Assembly: GCA_964422035.1 (NCBI GenBank)
Contig: CAYQZQ010000001.1
Span: 249,013 to 313,012, forward strand
DNA from: an uncultured Pseudomonadales bacterium
Lineage (GTDB): Bacteria; Patescibacteriota; Microgenomatia; UBA1400; Chazhemtobacteraceae
Length of the DNA: 64,000 nt
Reading direction: 5' to 3'
In this document: piece after piece, positions 39,134 to 47,803 of the stretch
How positions within the stretch are numbered: the stretch's first letter is position 1
Layout of the letters: each line of letters opens with the position of its first letter
The notes under the pieces: generated by a model
Databases searched by the model: none
What the model saw: only the letters and a program-made list of their open reading frames with translations
Told to the model about the DNA's origin: nothing
Translations under genes and position numbers: made by a program

Positions 39134-39637
39134 TCAAGGTTTCACGGTATGAGTTTCTTTAACTTCGGATGTAATTTTGTCTTGATCAATTCCAAGAAAA
39201 TAAAATTTGACATCAAAAGTGTTGTTGTGATGAGACATTGAAAGAGCATAGCAAATGATTTTCTTATTTTTAGATATTGAGATTTCGCTTTCTTTGTTTC
39301 TGAGAGGATCGTTGTGTACAGCTGATAAATACCAACAATATAACAACAACATTGCCCCTTTTTTAAGGTGTGAGTGAGTATTTTCTAGGAAACTAGCAAA
39401 ATCGCTGTTTGTTGCTTGATAACCTACTACATTAAACAGTGATATCGCTGCGTCAAACTTATTAGATAAAGTAAAATTTCTTACATCTAGTTGGTGTAGT
39501 TTTATTTTTAATTCTAGACTCTTTTTTTTATTTTTTTTAGCTATTTTGAGCATGGGTAGCAAGATATCAAGCCCCTCAATGCGATATCTTTGAGACAAGT
39601 AGATTTCATGACCGCATGTTTCACAACCCAAACTCAA
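39134..39637 (-). CDS. Class I SAM-methyltransferase-like remnant (N-terminally truncated; possible pseudogene)
   Basis: 167 aa starting at TTG. The upstream in-frame sequence reads stop-TECIIRLLGKFDISDNSSI before SLGCETCGHE, so only about 20 codons precede a degenerate motif I (LSLGCETCG vs the usual LDLGCGTG). Motif II-like FDAAISLFNVV is present. It is flanked by AT-rich non-coding DNA on both sides. Confidence 0.4.
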   Translation of the reverse strand: MSLGCETCGHEIYLSQRYRIEGLDILLPMLKIAKKNKKKSLELKIKLHQLDVRNFTLSNKFDAAISLFNVVGYQATNSDFASFLENTHSHLKKGAMLLLYCWYLSAVHNDPLRNKESEISISKNKKIICYALSMSHHNNTFDVKFYFLGIDQDKITSEVKETHTVKP

Positions 39638-39734
39638 TATCGACGAATTGTCGCTAATGTCAAATTTCCCTAAGAGGCGTATGATGCATTCTGTTTATTT
39701 CTTGCAGTCTTGGTTTTAATACAAAACAGTATAA

Positions 39735-40652
39735 TTGGAAGTAGTTATTGAAGTTATTAATTATCGCATAGTGTGTTACTATCACAATAATATCTTATTA
39801 CATTATATGAATAGATGCGACTTATGCAATTCGAGAGAGATACGTTTTTATAGTTATGGAAATCATTCTGGCAACTGGTTAAGTTTATTTTACCTAAAAC
39901 ATTTCTTGCTAAGATACGCCATGCCTTTATTTGTCGTGTCCAAGAACCTCTACAGACAACTAAAGAGCGTCAGCTTATTTACTCCTCTTGAAAATCTGGC
40001 TCGATGCGATAGTTGTGGTTATGGAAAATATCTTGCGGATATCTCTAATAAAGATTTAAATGATTACTACACTTACTTCTATTGGCAGAATAAGGATGAC
40101 GATTGTGATTTTGATCTTAATCCAAAAGCTTACAAACAATGGAGATATGTGTCAGACAAAATTAAAATTGGGTCAATTCGTAAAGCTCTTGAGATCGGGG
40201 CAGGATCAGCCGGTTTTTCTCGAGTATTGAAAGAACATATAGGTGAAAATGAGGTCAGAGTAGGAGTAATTGAACCAGCTGAGAAATATGAAAGAATGTA
40301 TAAAAAAGAAGGACTAAAAAAGGAGGCGGATTTTTTTCCTGTTATTCTAAGTCGGAAATATGATTATATTCACATGTCTCATTGGCTTGAGCATGCACTT
40401 GATTTAGGAAAAGTCATGAGTGCAATTGTTAATCTATTAGAAACCAACAGTCATGTGTATGTTGAAGTACCAAATTGCGGTAAAGATTACTTTGCATCAA
40501 ATAGTAGAGATTTGCCTCATATTCATTTTTTCAGTGATAAGTCCTTGAGGTTGTTGTTTTCAAAATGGGGTTTTAGTCCAATTGATGTGAGTACAAACGG
40601 TGACGATAATAAATGGTTGCGTGGAATTTTTAGATACAAAAACAATAATTAG
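39735..40652 (+). CDS. Class I SAM-dependent methyltransferase with N-terminal Cys4 zinc-ribbon (Methyltransf_13/14-like sugar methyltransferase candidate)
   Basis: CDLCNS...CDSCGY (two CxxC pairs), then ALEIGAGSAGFS (motif I), then the acidic motif VIEPAEKY. Confidence 0.6.
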   Translation: MEVVIEVINYRIVCYYHNNILLHYMNRCDLCNSREIRFYSYGNHSGNWLSLFYLKHFLLRYAMPLFVVSKNLYRQLKSVSLFTPLENLARCDSCGYGKYLADISNKDLNDYYTYFYWQNKDDDCDFDLNPKAYKQWRYVSDKIKIGSIRKALEIGAGSAGFSRVLKEHIGENEVRVGVIEPAEKYERMYKKEGLKKEADFFPVILSRKYDYIHMSHWLEHALDLGKVMSAIVNLLETNSHVYVEVPNCGKDYFASNSRDLPHIHFFSDKSLRLLFSKWGFSPIDVSTNGDDNKWLRGIFRYKNNN

Positions 40653-40859
40653 TAAGTGATGAAACTCAAACTCCTTAAGTTTTATCCATACATCCTAGTG
40701 ACATCTTTAGTGGTAGTGTGTAGTAAATAAATAAATTTTGGTTAGCACATGATATGGTTGTTCACAGTGTTTGTCATGCTCGTTGTGGGGACCGAAAAAA
40801 ATTGGTGCTATAAATTGATAGATTGTTTTTAAACTGAATTGTGATACTATGCTCACAGT

Positions 40860-42452
40860 ATGAAAAAGGTTGTGATTATTTTGTTGTTTTTGTTATTTGT
40901 CTTGATATATCCTGTCACCCCTTTCGTAGAAGATCTTAGAACTTTTTTCTCCGCTGCCCATCAAGCTGAGTTAACAGGTTTGAGATTCCCAATTAATGTT
41001 TATAGAGCCTGGGAGCTGAAGCTCATTGGTAACAGAATTTTCATCTTTGCTTTGTATAAACTAGCTACAACAATGGTGGATTTTTCAAATAAATTGATGT
41101 TTGAGGTCATTGTACGAAGCATATATTGCTTGTTGTTTATTGGTGCAAGTTACTATTTTTCAAGAAGTTTGTTAAAGGGTAGAAAATTTAAGTACTTTTT
41201 CTTGATTGTTGCTATAGCATTTTTGGCAGCTGGAGGTAGGATGAATATTCAGAGTGAAGAAATTGCCTTGTTACTTGCGATTTTAGGGGGAAGTATGTCT
41301 TTATCTAGTACTAAACTAATAAGGTTTTTTTCTGGGGTTTTCTTCGCTTACAGTTTTACCCTAAAAGGAGTCAGTGGTGCGATAAGCGTACAGATGTTAC
41401 TGCTTTTAGCTCTGCTTGGTACAAATAAGAAGAAAGTTAAGGACGCAATCATAAGTAGTATATTTTTTGGGTTATTATTCTTAGCTGGATTTATATTTCT
41501 TTTTCCAAATGAAATTCAAGCTATGTATGAACTGGCTGTTTATAAGTCGCTAGCTTTCCAAGGGAGAAGTTGGTTTAAGTTTGGCTATATGATGATCGTT
41601 TCGTTCTTTATGTGGTCATGGCAGCACCCGTATCTGATGGTTGCGAGCCTACTGGGCACAGTACAGTTGGCGTACTGGTTACTTGAGTCTAAATGGATGA
41701 AGTTGCTTGAGATAGGACTATTGTGGCTGCCTGGAATTATGGCGATTGCATTGCAGGCTAGAAATTTTCCCTATGACGTCTATTTTCATATAATTCCGAT
41801 CAGCTATTTAGGTTACTACTGCATTAGAAAACTAATAACTAAAGGTGTGAACAGAAAAATGCTTATATCATTGATGGTAATTTTGGTAGGAGTTATGTTG
41901 TTAGCATTATTTTGGGGACAAACCTATTATAAGCTCTATTTTTACATGTTGGTCTGGTGGTTAATTGGGTTGAGTATTTTGCTATCTAAAAAGATTCGAT
42001 TAGGTCGCATTGTGATAATTATTTTATTTGGAGTACTACTTAGTTTTAGTTTCGGGTTTATGAATGACGAATATCGCTGGAAACATCTAGAGCAAAGAAC
42101 TACTCTGGAAAGTTTATTTGCCAATCTTGACAAGACTATAGAAAATGACCACAGCTCTATACTTTATCTGGCAAGTGGTGACGCATCATATTTTTTGGGC
42201 ATGAAATCTCATTGCGAACAAACTGAACCGCATGCTGTGCAAAGAGGAAGAGAATATTCTAAGAAAAGTTTACCTAATTTCCAGGAACAAATGAACTGTG
42301 TTCTTGGATATAAAGGCAAATATATACTAATGGATTCCTGGTTTAATATAAGCGACTTGGAGAAGGTAAGGAGCAAATTGCTTAATGAGTATGGATTGAT
42401 AACCTTAAAGTCCACCAAGTATCGTTCGATGAAGCTATATAAGAGGAAGTGA
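40860..42452 (+). CDS. Polytopic membrane protein (GT-C/polymerase-like candidate)
   Basis: 530 aa with about 12 TM and a C-terminal soluble segment. Confidence 0.45.
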   Translation: MKKVVIILLFLLFVLIYPVTPFVEDLRTFFSAAHQAELTGLRFPINVYRAWELKLIGNRIFIFALYKLATTMVDFSNKLMFEVIVRSIYCLLFIGASYYFSRSLLKGRKFKYFFLIVAIAFLAAGGRMNIQSEEIALLLAILGGSMSLSSTKLIRFFSGVFFAYSFTLKGVSGAISVQMLLLLALLGTNKKKVKDAIISSIFFGLLFLAGFIFLFPNEIQAMYELAVYKSLAFQGRSWFKFGYMMIVSFFMWSWQHPYLMVASLLGTVQLAYWLLESKWMKLLEIGLLWLPGIMAIALQARNFPYDVYFHIIPISYLGYYCIRKLITKGVNRKMLISLMVILVGVMLLALFWGQTYYKLYFYMLVWWLIGLSILLSKKIRLGRIVIIILFGVLLSFSFGFMNDEYRWKHLEQRTTLESLFANLDKTIENDHSSILYLASGDASYFLGMKSHCEQTEPHAVQRGREYSKKSLPNFQEQMNCVLGYKGKYILMDSWFNISDLEKVRSKLLNEYGLITLKSTKYRSMKLYKRK

Positions 42453-42463
42453 TGCTTTACATA

Positions 42464-43324
42464 TCAAGCGGTTTTGAGTTTTTTGCGCTGGGGTTTTTCA
42501 ACCGGTAGGATGTCTTGTGTTTTGTAGGTAAGAGCTTGGGAAACATGGTCTAAGTCTCTTACTAACTTTCGCATTCCCCCAGGCTCAAGCGAGGCAGCGT
42601 GGTCTGTGCCTTTCCAAGTTCGGTCTAAAGTGAAGTGTCTTTCTATGTATTCTGCTCCAAGAGTCATGGCAGCGATATCAGCTGCTATACCCAAATGGTG
42701 GCCCGAAAACCCAATGGTTTTGACTAAATGCCCGTATTGGCGCTTAAGATGTTTTATCTCTAGTAAAGAAAGAGATGAGAATGGAGCCGGATATGCAGAG
42801 GTGCAACTATACAGGATTGTACTTTTTAAACCATTATTACTTTTTAGGAACTTAATGATTAGGTCAATTTCTTCCTTGCTGGTCATTCCTAACGAGATGT
42901 GGATTTCTCCCGAGAAATTTTTCAAAATAAAAAAGAGTAATTCAAAATTAAGATTACAAGCTGATGGAATTTTAATCATGTTGGGGCTCATACTTATTAT
43001 CTCTCTTGCGGAAGTTAGGTCCCAAACCGAAGTAGAATATTCCATATCAAGTTTCTCACAATAATCTTTAAGTTGCTGATGTTCTTTTTTTGTAAACTCA
43101 AGAAACTCCCTATGTTGGCCATATGTTTCTCCATACGAATTGTAGGGCACAGGATGAGGGGAATTGTATTCTGCTTCAGATAGCAGCTCCTTAGGGTTTC
43201 TTTTTTGAAATTTGACGACATCCACATCACAAAAATCCTTGGCTATTCGAATCATTTTCTTGGCAATTTTAAAGTCTCCTTTATGATTACAACCTATTTC
43301 TGCTATGACTTTAGGTCTGTTCAT
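42464..43324 (-). CDS. neuB: NeuB-family nonulosonic acid (sialic/KDN-like) synthase, without C-terminal SAF domain
   Basis: VIAEIGCNHKGDFKIAKKMIRIAKDFCDVDVVKFQKR, then GFSGHHLGIAADIAAMTLGAEYIERHFTLDR..GTDHAASLEP. At 286 aa it is too short to include an antifreeze-like SAF domain. Confidence 0.75.
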   Translation of the reverse strand: MNRPKVIAEIGCNHKGDFKIAKKMIRIAKDFCDVDVVKFQKRNPKELLSEAEYNSPHPVPYNSYGETYGQHREFLEFTKKEHQQLKDYCEKLDMEYSTSVWDLTSAREIISMSPNMIKIPSACNLNFELLFFILKNFSGEIHISLGMTSKEEIDLIIKFLKSNNGLKSTILYSCTSAYPAPFSSLSLLEIKHLKRQYGHLVKTIGFSGHHLGIAADIAAMTLGAEYIERHFTLDRTWKGTDHAASLEPGGMRKLVRDLDHVSQALTYKTQDILPVEKPQRKKLKTA

Positions 43325-44453
43325 TGTTTTTTTGGAAAATTTCTAATATTTCTCTTATCACTCCATGCCCCCCCTTTGTGGATGTAATATAGTTAGTACT
43401 TGTTTTTACTTTGCGGTGGGCATCTAGTGGAGCAAATGAGTAACCAGACTTTTTAATTGCACCCAGATCGTTTAGGTCGTTTCCTATATAGCATATATTT
43501 TCCCAATTATAATTATGCTTCTTTAGGAAATTCTCAATTACAGCAACTTTGTTTGTAGCTTGATCAATAACCGGTATTTTTAATTTTTCAAGTCTTTTTT
43601 TAACTACAGGATTTTTTTCGCGAGAAACAACCGAAAAACCAATATTAAGCTGGGGTAACAATATATCCAGGCCTAAACTGTCAGTTTTGGAGGTAACAAT
43701 CGTTTCTTTGCCATCTTGAGATGTCAAAATTGTATTATCAGTAAAGACTCCATCAAAATTTGAGATTATATGCTTAATCTGATGAAGTTTTGAAAGCGGG
43801 TGTTTGTTTATTAACAATTTCTCGACAATTGTCCAGTCCTCAGGCTCATCAATTTCAGTTGCAGTATCATTACTCATCTTGTAGATTCCTATGTTTCCCC
43901 CTAGTCTGTTTTTGTAATTTTTAAGTATTTCATACTTGGTTATGTAAAATGCTCCATTTTCTAAAAACGAACCCTCAAAGTCTTGCCTTCTTGGTCTGTT
44001 GAATGGATCATAATTGAATGGCTTAAAGTTATGACTCCATACAAACCGTTTAAACTCAACAGCACTGAGTAATGAATCAAGATTGTTCTCATCAAAGGTT
44101 TTGAGTGCTTTGCTCAAGTCTTGTGAAGACAGAAGTGGTGATGTGGCTTGTATGGTAACTAGGACTTCAAAATCGACTTTTTCCTGAAAGTGGAGCATGA
44201 CAGACTCTGTTGATGCAGTATCTGTGGCAAACTCAGGAGGACGTTTAATTATCTTTGCACCATATTTACGGGATATCTCAGCTATTTTTTCACCGTCGGT
44301 AGACACCCAGACTTCATCAATTTGATCACACTGCTTGGCGGCTGTGATAACCCAATAACAAAGTGGCTTTCCAGCAATAGGTTTTATGTTTTTAAGCGGA
44401 ATTGATTTAGATCCTTTTCTAAGCGGTATTAGTGCGACAATCTTTTTTTTCAT
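43311..44453 (-). CDS. neuA: Acylneuraminate (nonulosonate) cytidylyltransferase NeuA fused to KdsC-like HAD phosphatase
   Basis: The N-terminus IVALIPLRKGSKSIPLKNIKPIAGKPLCYWVI...VWVSTDGEKIAEISRKYGAKII is the CMP-NeuAc synthetase signature. The C-terminus FDGVFTD...IGNDLNDLG...KGGHGVIRE is KdsC/YrbI HAD-IIIA-like. Confidence 0.75.
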   Translation of the reverse strand: MKKKIVALIPLRKGSKSIPLKNIKPIAGKPLCYWVITAAKQCDQIDEVWVSTDGEKIAEISRKYGAKIIKRPPEFATDTASTESVMLHFQEKVDFEVLVTIQATSPLLSSQDLSKALKTFDENNLDSLLSAVEFKRFVWSHNFKPFNYDPFNRPRRQDFEGSFLENGAFYITKYEILKNYKNRLGGNIGIYKMSNDTATEIDEPEDWTIVEKLLINKHPLSKLHQIKHIISNFDGVFTDNTILTSQDGKETIVTSKTDSLGLDILLPQLNIGFSVVSREKNPVVKKRLEKLKIPVIDQATNKVAVIENFLKKHNYNWENICYIGNDLNDLGAIKKSGYSFAPLDAHRKVKTSTNYITSTKGGHGVIREILEIFQKNNEQT

Positions 44454-44524
44454 AGTGGCTTATATTTTTCTGTATTATATAGCAAACTTTTGTATGAAAC
44501 AGAAAATATAGGTTGCTATTATCA

Positions 44525-45355
44525 TCAGATGATGTCTTGATAGTTTTTTTGAGGGAATGTTTCTAGCCAAGTATCATGAGATAGATTGATAATACGACTC
44601 GGATCTTTTGCTGCCCGATAATACTTATCATATTGCTCAAAAAGTTTTAAGTTATTCTTATGGAGCTTGATTATTGAATCCCACGCTTTATTTTTTGTGG
44701 AGTTCTGGCGGACGTCGTCTTTAGGGTCATAAAAGTTTTTAGCCGTTTTACCATAGTCTCTTAGGACTGTGTGATCACAACCTAATAGATAGATTGGGTT
44801 ATACCCCATGTATAAGAGTACCGGCAGCACCATAATGGGAACTGATTGGGGACTTAAGACTGGTTTTGTAATATCTGTATTAATTTTTAGTAACGAGGAT
44901 GTTATTAGATAGTATATTTCTCTATTGGGAAAAAGGTTGAATTTTTTAACTAAAGCTTGATCAGTATGACCTAGAAAGATGTTCGTTTGCGGCGGCAAGA
45001 TACCATCAGCTCTTTTCATCCACCTTACGAAGTTTTTTAATTTCAATGGGGAGTGAAAGGGAGCGAAAAAGTGGAATTTAGGTTTAATAATTTTAATATC
45101 CTTGTGAAGAAAAGCATTGCTGACAGAAAACACATCTTCGTTTTTTAGTTTTTTTAAGTTGTACTTTTTAATACTGGGACCTGTAGCCAGTAGAAAGGCT
45201 TGCTTGTTTTTACCCTTGCCTTTTAGTTTGGTGTTCTTAGCCGTAAGGTGTTGGTGTCTCAAATAAGAGTAGTTTTTAGCCAAGATAACCTTAAGAGGTG
45301 ATGGCAGAACTTGACTGAGTGCTGTAATCGATAGGGGTATTTTTTTATTTAACAT
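44525..45355 (-). CDS. DUF115/MptE-fold (Maf-like) protein; candidate nonulosonic-acid transferase
   Basis: LLATGPSIKKYNLKKLKNEDVFSVSNAF and LLGCDHT are reminiscent of the DUF115 GPSL...N and G.D motifs. It is adjacent to neuA/neuB. Confidence 0.35.
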   Translation of the reverse strand: MLNKKIPLSITALSQVLPSPLKVILAKNYSYLRHQHLTAKNTKLKGKGKNKQAFLLATGPSIKKYNLKKLKNEDVFSVSNAFLHKDIKIIKPKFHFFAPFHSPLKLKNFVRWMKRADGILPPQTNIFLGHTDQALVKKFNLFPNREIYYLITSSLLKINTDITKPVLSPQSVPIMVLPVLLYMGYNPIYLLGCDHTVLRDYGKTAKNFYDPKDDVRQNSTKNKAWDSIIKLHKNNLKLFEQYDKYYRAAKDPSRIINLSHDTWLETFPQKNYQDII

Positions 45356-45373
45356 TTCTTACTACTTTACATA

Positions 45374-46501
45374 TTAGAATATTTTTTTAGGTTTTGTTTT
45401 TAGATCGGTTATAAAGCATTCAGAAGGCAATTCTTGGGTAATACTATCATAGTATTCAACTATGCTTTTACTAAAAGGAAAAATTTTGTAGTAAAGATAT
45501 CCGTTGAGGGCAAAGTTTACTGCTGTACTTATTCCTGTGCTACTAATGCTAAAAACAGAGTGAATTGATTTAGCATTCTTAAGCAAGAAAACTTCTAGGT
45601 TGTCTTGTTTGCTTAAGATTTTAAACTTTTTGAGATCTATCATTTTGATTTCTTTGGTTTCTCGGGGGTGAGGTTTGTATAACAACTGGTAGTTCGGGTA
45701 ACTAGATCTAATATGGTTAAGGCACCGGTTCATACATTGAGCATATTTTTGGTGATCAAGATTATCAAAACATAAAAATATGGATCCTAGAAATAGAATG
45801 TGCTTTTTCTTCTGATCGGATTGGGAAAATACTCTAAAGGGGTAATGCATTTGGACAATGTTTTTTTGTTTTTTTTTGGTTTGTTTTGTAATTGGAACCA
45901 GATGAACTTGCTGATCATAAACTTTGACCGATCCTTCCCTATATTGCAATCTCAAAGCCCCATCTTCAGACTTAGTTTGATAACCAAATATCTGATTTTC
46001 CTTCTGAACGAGATAGTCGGTTTTGTGCATTTTGAACAAGGGGAAGATTAAGGAATTCGCAATTTTTCCTTCAATCTTGGGGACAAAATTGTGTTGATCA
46101 TATAGATAATTATCATATTGATATTTGGGAATTATCAATGTAGAGAGTGCTTGATCATAGTTAGAAATAAGGTAATTAGATATAAACTGGCAATCAGCAA
46201 AGCAGTAAATTTTATCCTTAGAAGTAATATTTATTTTTGAAATTGCATGCGCAGCCTTGAACAAACGATAGATTTGTATTGGAAAAAAAAATGAGTAATC
46301 CGGCCTTGATAGATATAGCACTTGAGAAAAGTATTTTTTGGGTAGCTTCTTATCTATGTATTGCCAATAATTATGTAGGGAGACTATGAGTATGGATTGA
46401 TTTTTAAGTATTTTTTTTGTTTTACGATACCCAATAGCTGCAATCAGCTGCTTGGGATGATCTACGCTGAATACATGCTTTATGTCTTTTGAGTGGCCCA
46501 T
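45374..46501 (-). CDS. Hypothetical protein, possible GT-B-like transferase
   Basis: 375 aa. The C-terminal half HILFLGS...LLYKPHPRE...SVFSISSTGIS resembles Rossmann-type sugar or phosphate transferase cores. No confident family call. Confidence 0.3.
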   Translation of the reverse strand: MGHSKDIKHVFSVDHPKQLIAAIGYRKTKKILKNQSILIVSLHNYWQYIDKKLPKKYFSQVLYLSRPDYSFFFPIQIYRLFKAAHAISKINITSKDKIYCFADCQFISNYLISNYDQALSTLIIPKYQYDNYLYDQHNFVPKIEGKIANSLIFPLFKMHKTDYLVQKENQIFGYQTKSEDGALRLQYREGSVKVYDQQVHLVPITKQTKKKQKNIVQMHYPFRVFSQSDQKKKHILFLGSIFLCFDNLDHQKYAQCMNRCLNHIRSSYPNYQLLYKPHPRETKEIKMIDLKKFKILSKQDNLEVFLLKNAKSIHSVFSISSTGISTAVNFALNGYLYYKIFPFSKSIVEYYDSITQELPSECFITDLKTKPKKIF

Positions 46502-46528
46502 CCTTGAGATCTAAATGATATTTTCATG

Positions 46529-47803
46529 TTACTTAGGTGAGTTCTTACATCTAGGATTAATCTTTTTTGTCTTCCATTCTGGTAGAAAGGCCAGTTCATT
46601 ATTGTGATGTCTTGGAATTTTATTTACTGGAGCAACCTTGGATTTTTGGTCTAGGAAAGATATATGAATTCCGTCTTGCTGGTCGATTACCTGCCCTCTT
46701 CTTTCCAGCTTGACTAATAACTCATAATCATTGCTGTTAAAGCTGATCTCTCCTTGAGGGTGATATGTCAAGGTTGAGGTATATTTGCCCTCACTTCTGG
46801 TCTTTGGTTTGTTGAAGTGGGTTTCCGAGGTGGCAAATAGTTCTCTACCTGTTGGAGTTCTGAAAATAATTTTTAATTCAGCAGAAGGGGTGTCGTGATT
46901 TAGTTGATAGTTGATTTTGATTCTGAAAGGTTGAGATACATCAAAAATAGAGCTTTGCTTGTCGTTTGTATAAAGAGTGATTTGGTTGATTTGCCCTTCT
47001 TTTTTATCTAGTTTGGGAAAGATATATTGCGATTTTTGTTTTTGGGTTGTGCTTAAATATTGCTCTACCACTTCGTTAGTGAGACCAAGGTTTTTGACCT
47101 TTCCGTTTTCTATGTGCAAAGTTTTTTGACAGATGTTTTGGATAGCGGTCATATCGTGGCTGACTAATATTAGTGTTTGTCCTTGGTTGGCAACGTTACT
47201 CATTTTTTTGAGACTTTTTCTTTGGAAGTCTGCGTCACCGACTGATAGAACCTCGTCTACTAGAAGGATCTCCGGTTGGAGATGAGCCGCCACGGAAAAG
47301 GCAAGTCTGAGGCGCATGCCGGAGGAATAGTGCTTGATTGGTGTGTCGATGAATTCTTCTACCTCTGCAAATTTAATTATTTTTTCAAGTTTGTCTTCTA
47401 CCTCACTTCTGGTCATACCAAGGATAACTCCGCTTAAAAAAATGTTTTCTTTACCGGTAAGCTCTTGGTGAAAACCGGTACCCACTTCTAGCAGGCTACC
47501 CACTCTGCCTCTAAGAATGGCCTCTCCAGAGGTGGGAGTAGTGATTCGACTGAGAACTTTTAAGAGAGTGCTTTTACCAGCTCCATTTTTGCCGATGATA
47601 CCTAGAACCTCCCCTTTTTGCACTGAAAATGAGATGTTTTTTAAGGCCCAAAATTCATTTTTTTGAAGATTATCTAATGGTTTGATGTTTTGGGTTGGGT
47701 TTTTGAGGATACCTGAGATTGTATCTCTGAGGGAGTAGTAAAGTTGCTTTTCACCTTTACGGTATTTTTTGGAGATATTTTTGACTTCGATTATTGGTTT
47801 CAT
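46529..47803 (-). CDS. wzt: ABC transporter ATP-binding protein, Wzt/TagH-like, with about 170-aa C-terminal beta-rich extension (carbohydrate-binding-domain candidate)
   Basis: Walker A GKNGAGKST, signature LSGGMRLRLAF and Walker B LLVDEVLSVGD. It extends about 170 aa beyond the nucleotide-binding domain. Confidence 0.8.
   Translation of the reverse strand: MKPIIEVKNISKKYRKGEKQLYYSLRDTISGILKNPTQNIKPLDNLQKNEFWALKNISFSVQKGEVLGIIGKNGAGKSTLLKVLSRITTPTSGEAILRGRVGSLLEVGTGFHQELTGKENIFLSGVILGMTRSEVEDKLEKIIKFAEVEEFIDTPIKHYSSGMRLRLAFSVAAHLQPEILLVDEVLSVGDADFQRKSLKKMSNVANQGQTLILVSHDMTAIQNICQKTLHIENGKVKNLGLTNEVVEQYLSTTQKQKSQYIFPKLDKKEGQINQITLYTNDKQSSIFDVSQPFRIKINYQLNHDTPSAELKIIFRTPTGRELFATSETHFNKPKTRSEGKYTSTLTYHPQGEISFNSNDYELLVKLERRGQVIDQQDGIHISFLDQKSKVAPVNKIPRHHNNELAFLPEWKTKKINPRCKNSPK

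Noticed and set aside
40815-40850. A sigma70-like promoter (TTGATA ... TGTGATACTAT) upstream of the 40860 membrane-protein gene.
   Set aside because: The spacing between the candidate -35 and -10 is about 22 nt, and the -10 matches only 4/6. That is too weak to call as a feature.
38994-40859. A mobile-element insertion at the AT-rich seam with the methyltransferase remnant.
   Set aside because: There is no transposase or integrase ORF, no terminal inverted repeats and no target-site duplication that I could see. I kept it only as a possible module junction or pseudogene.
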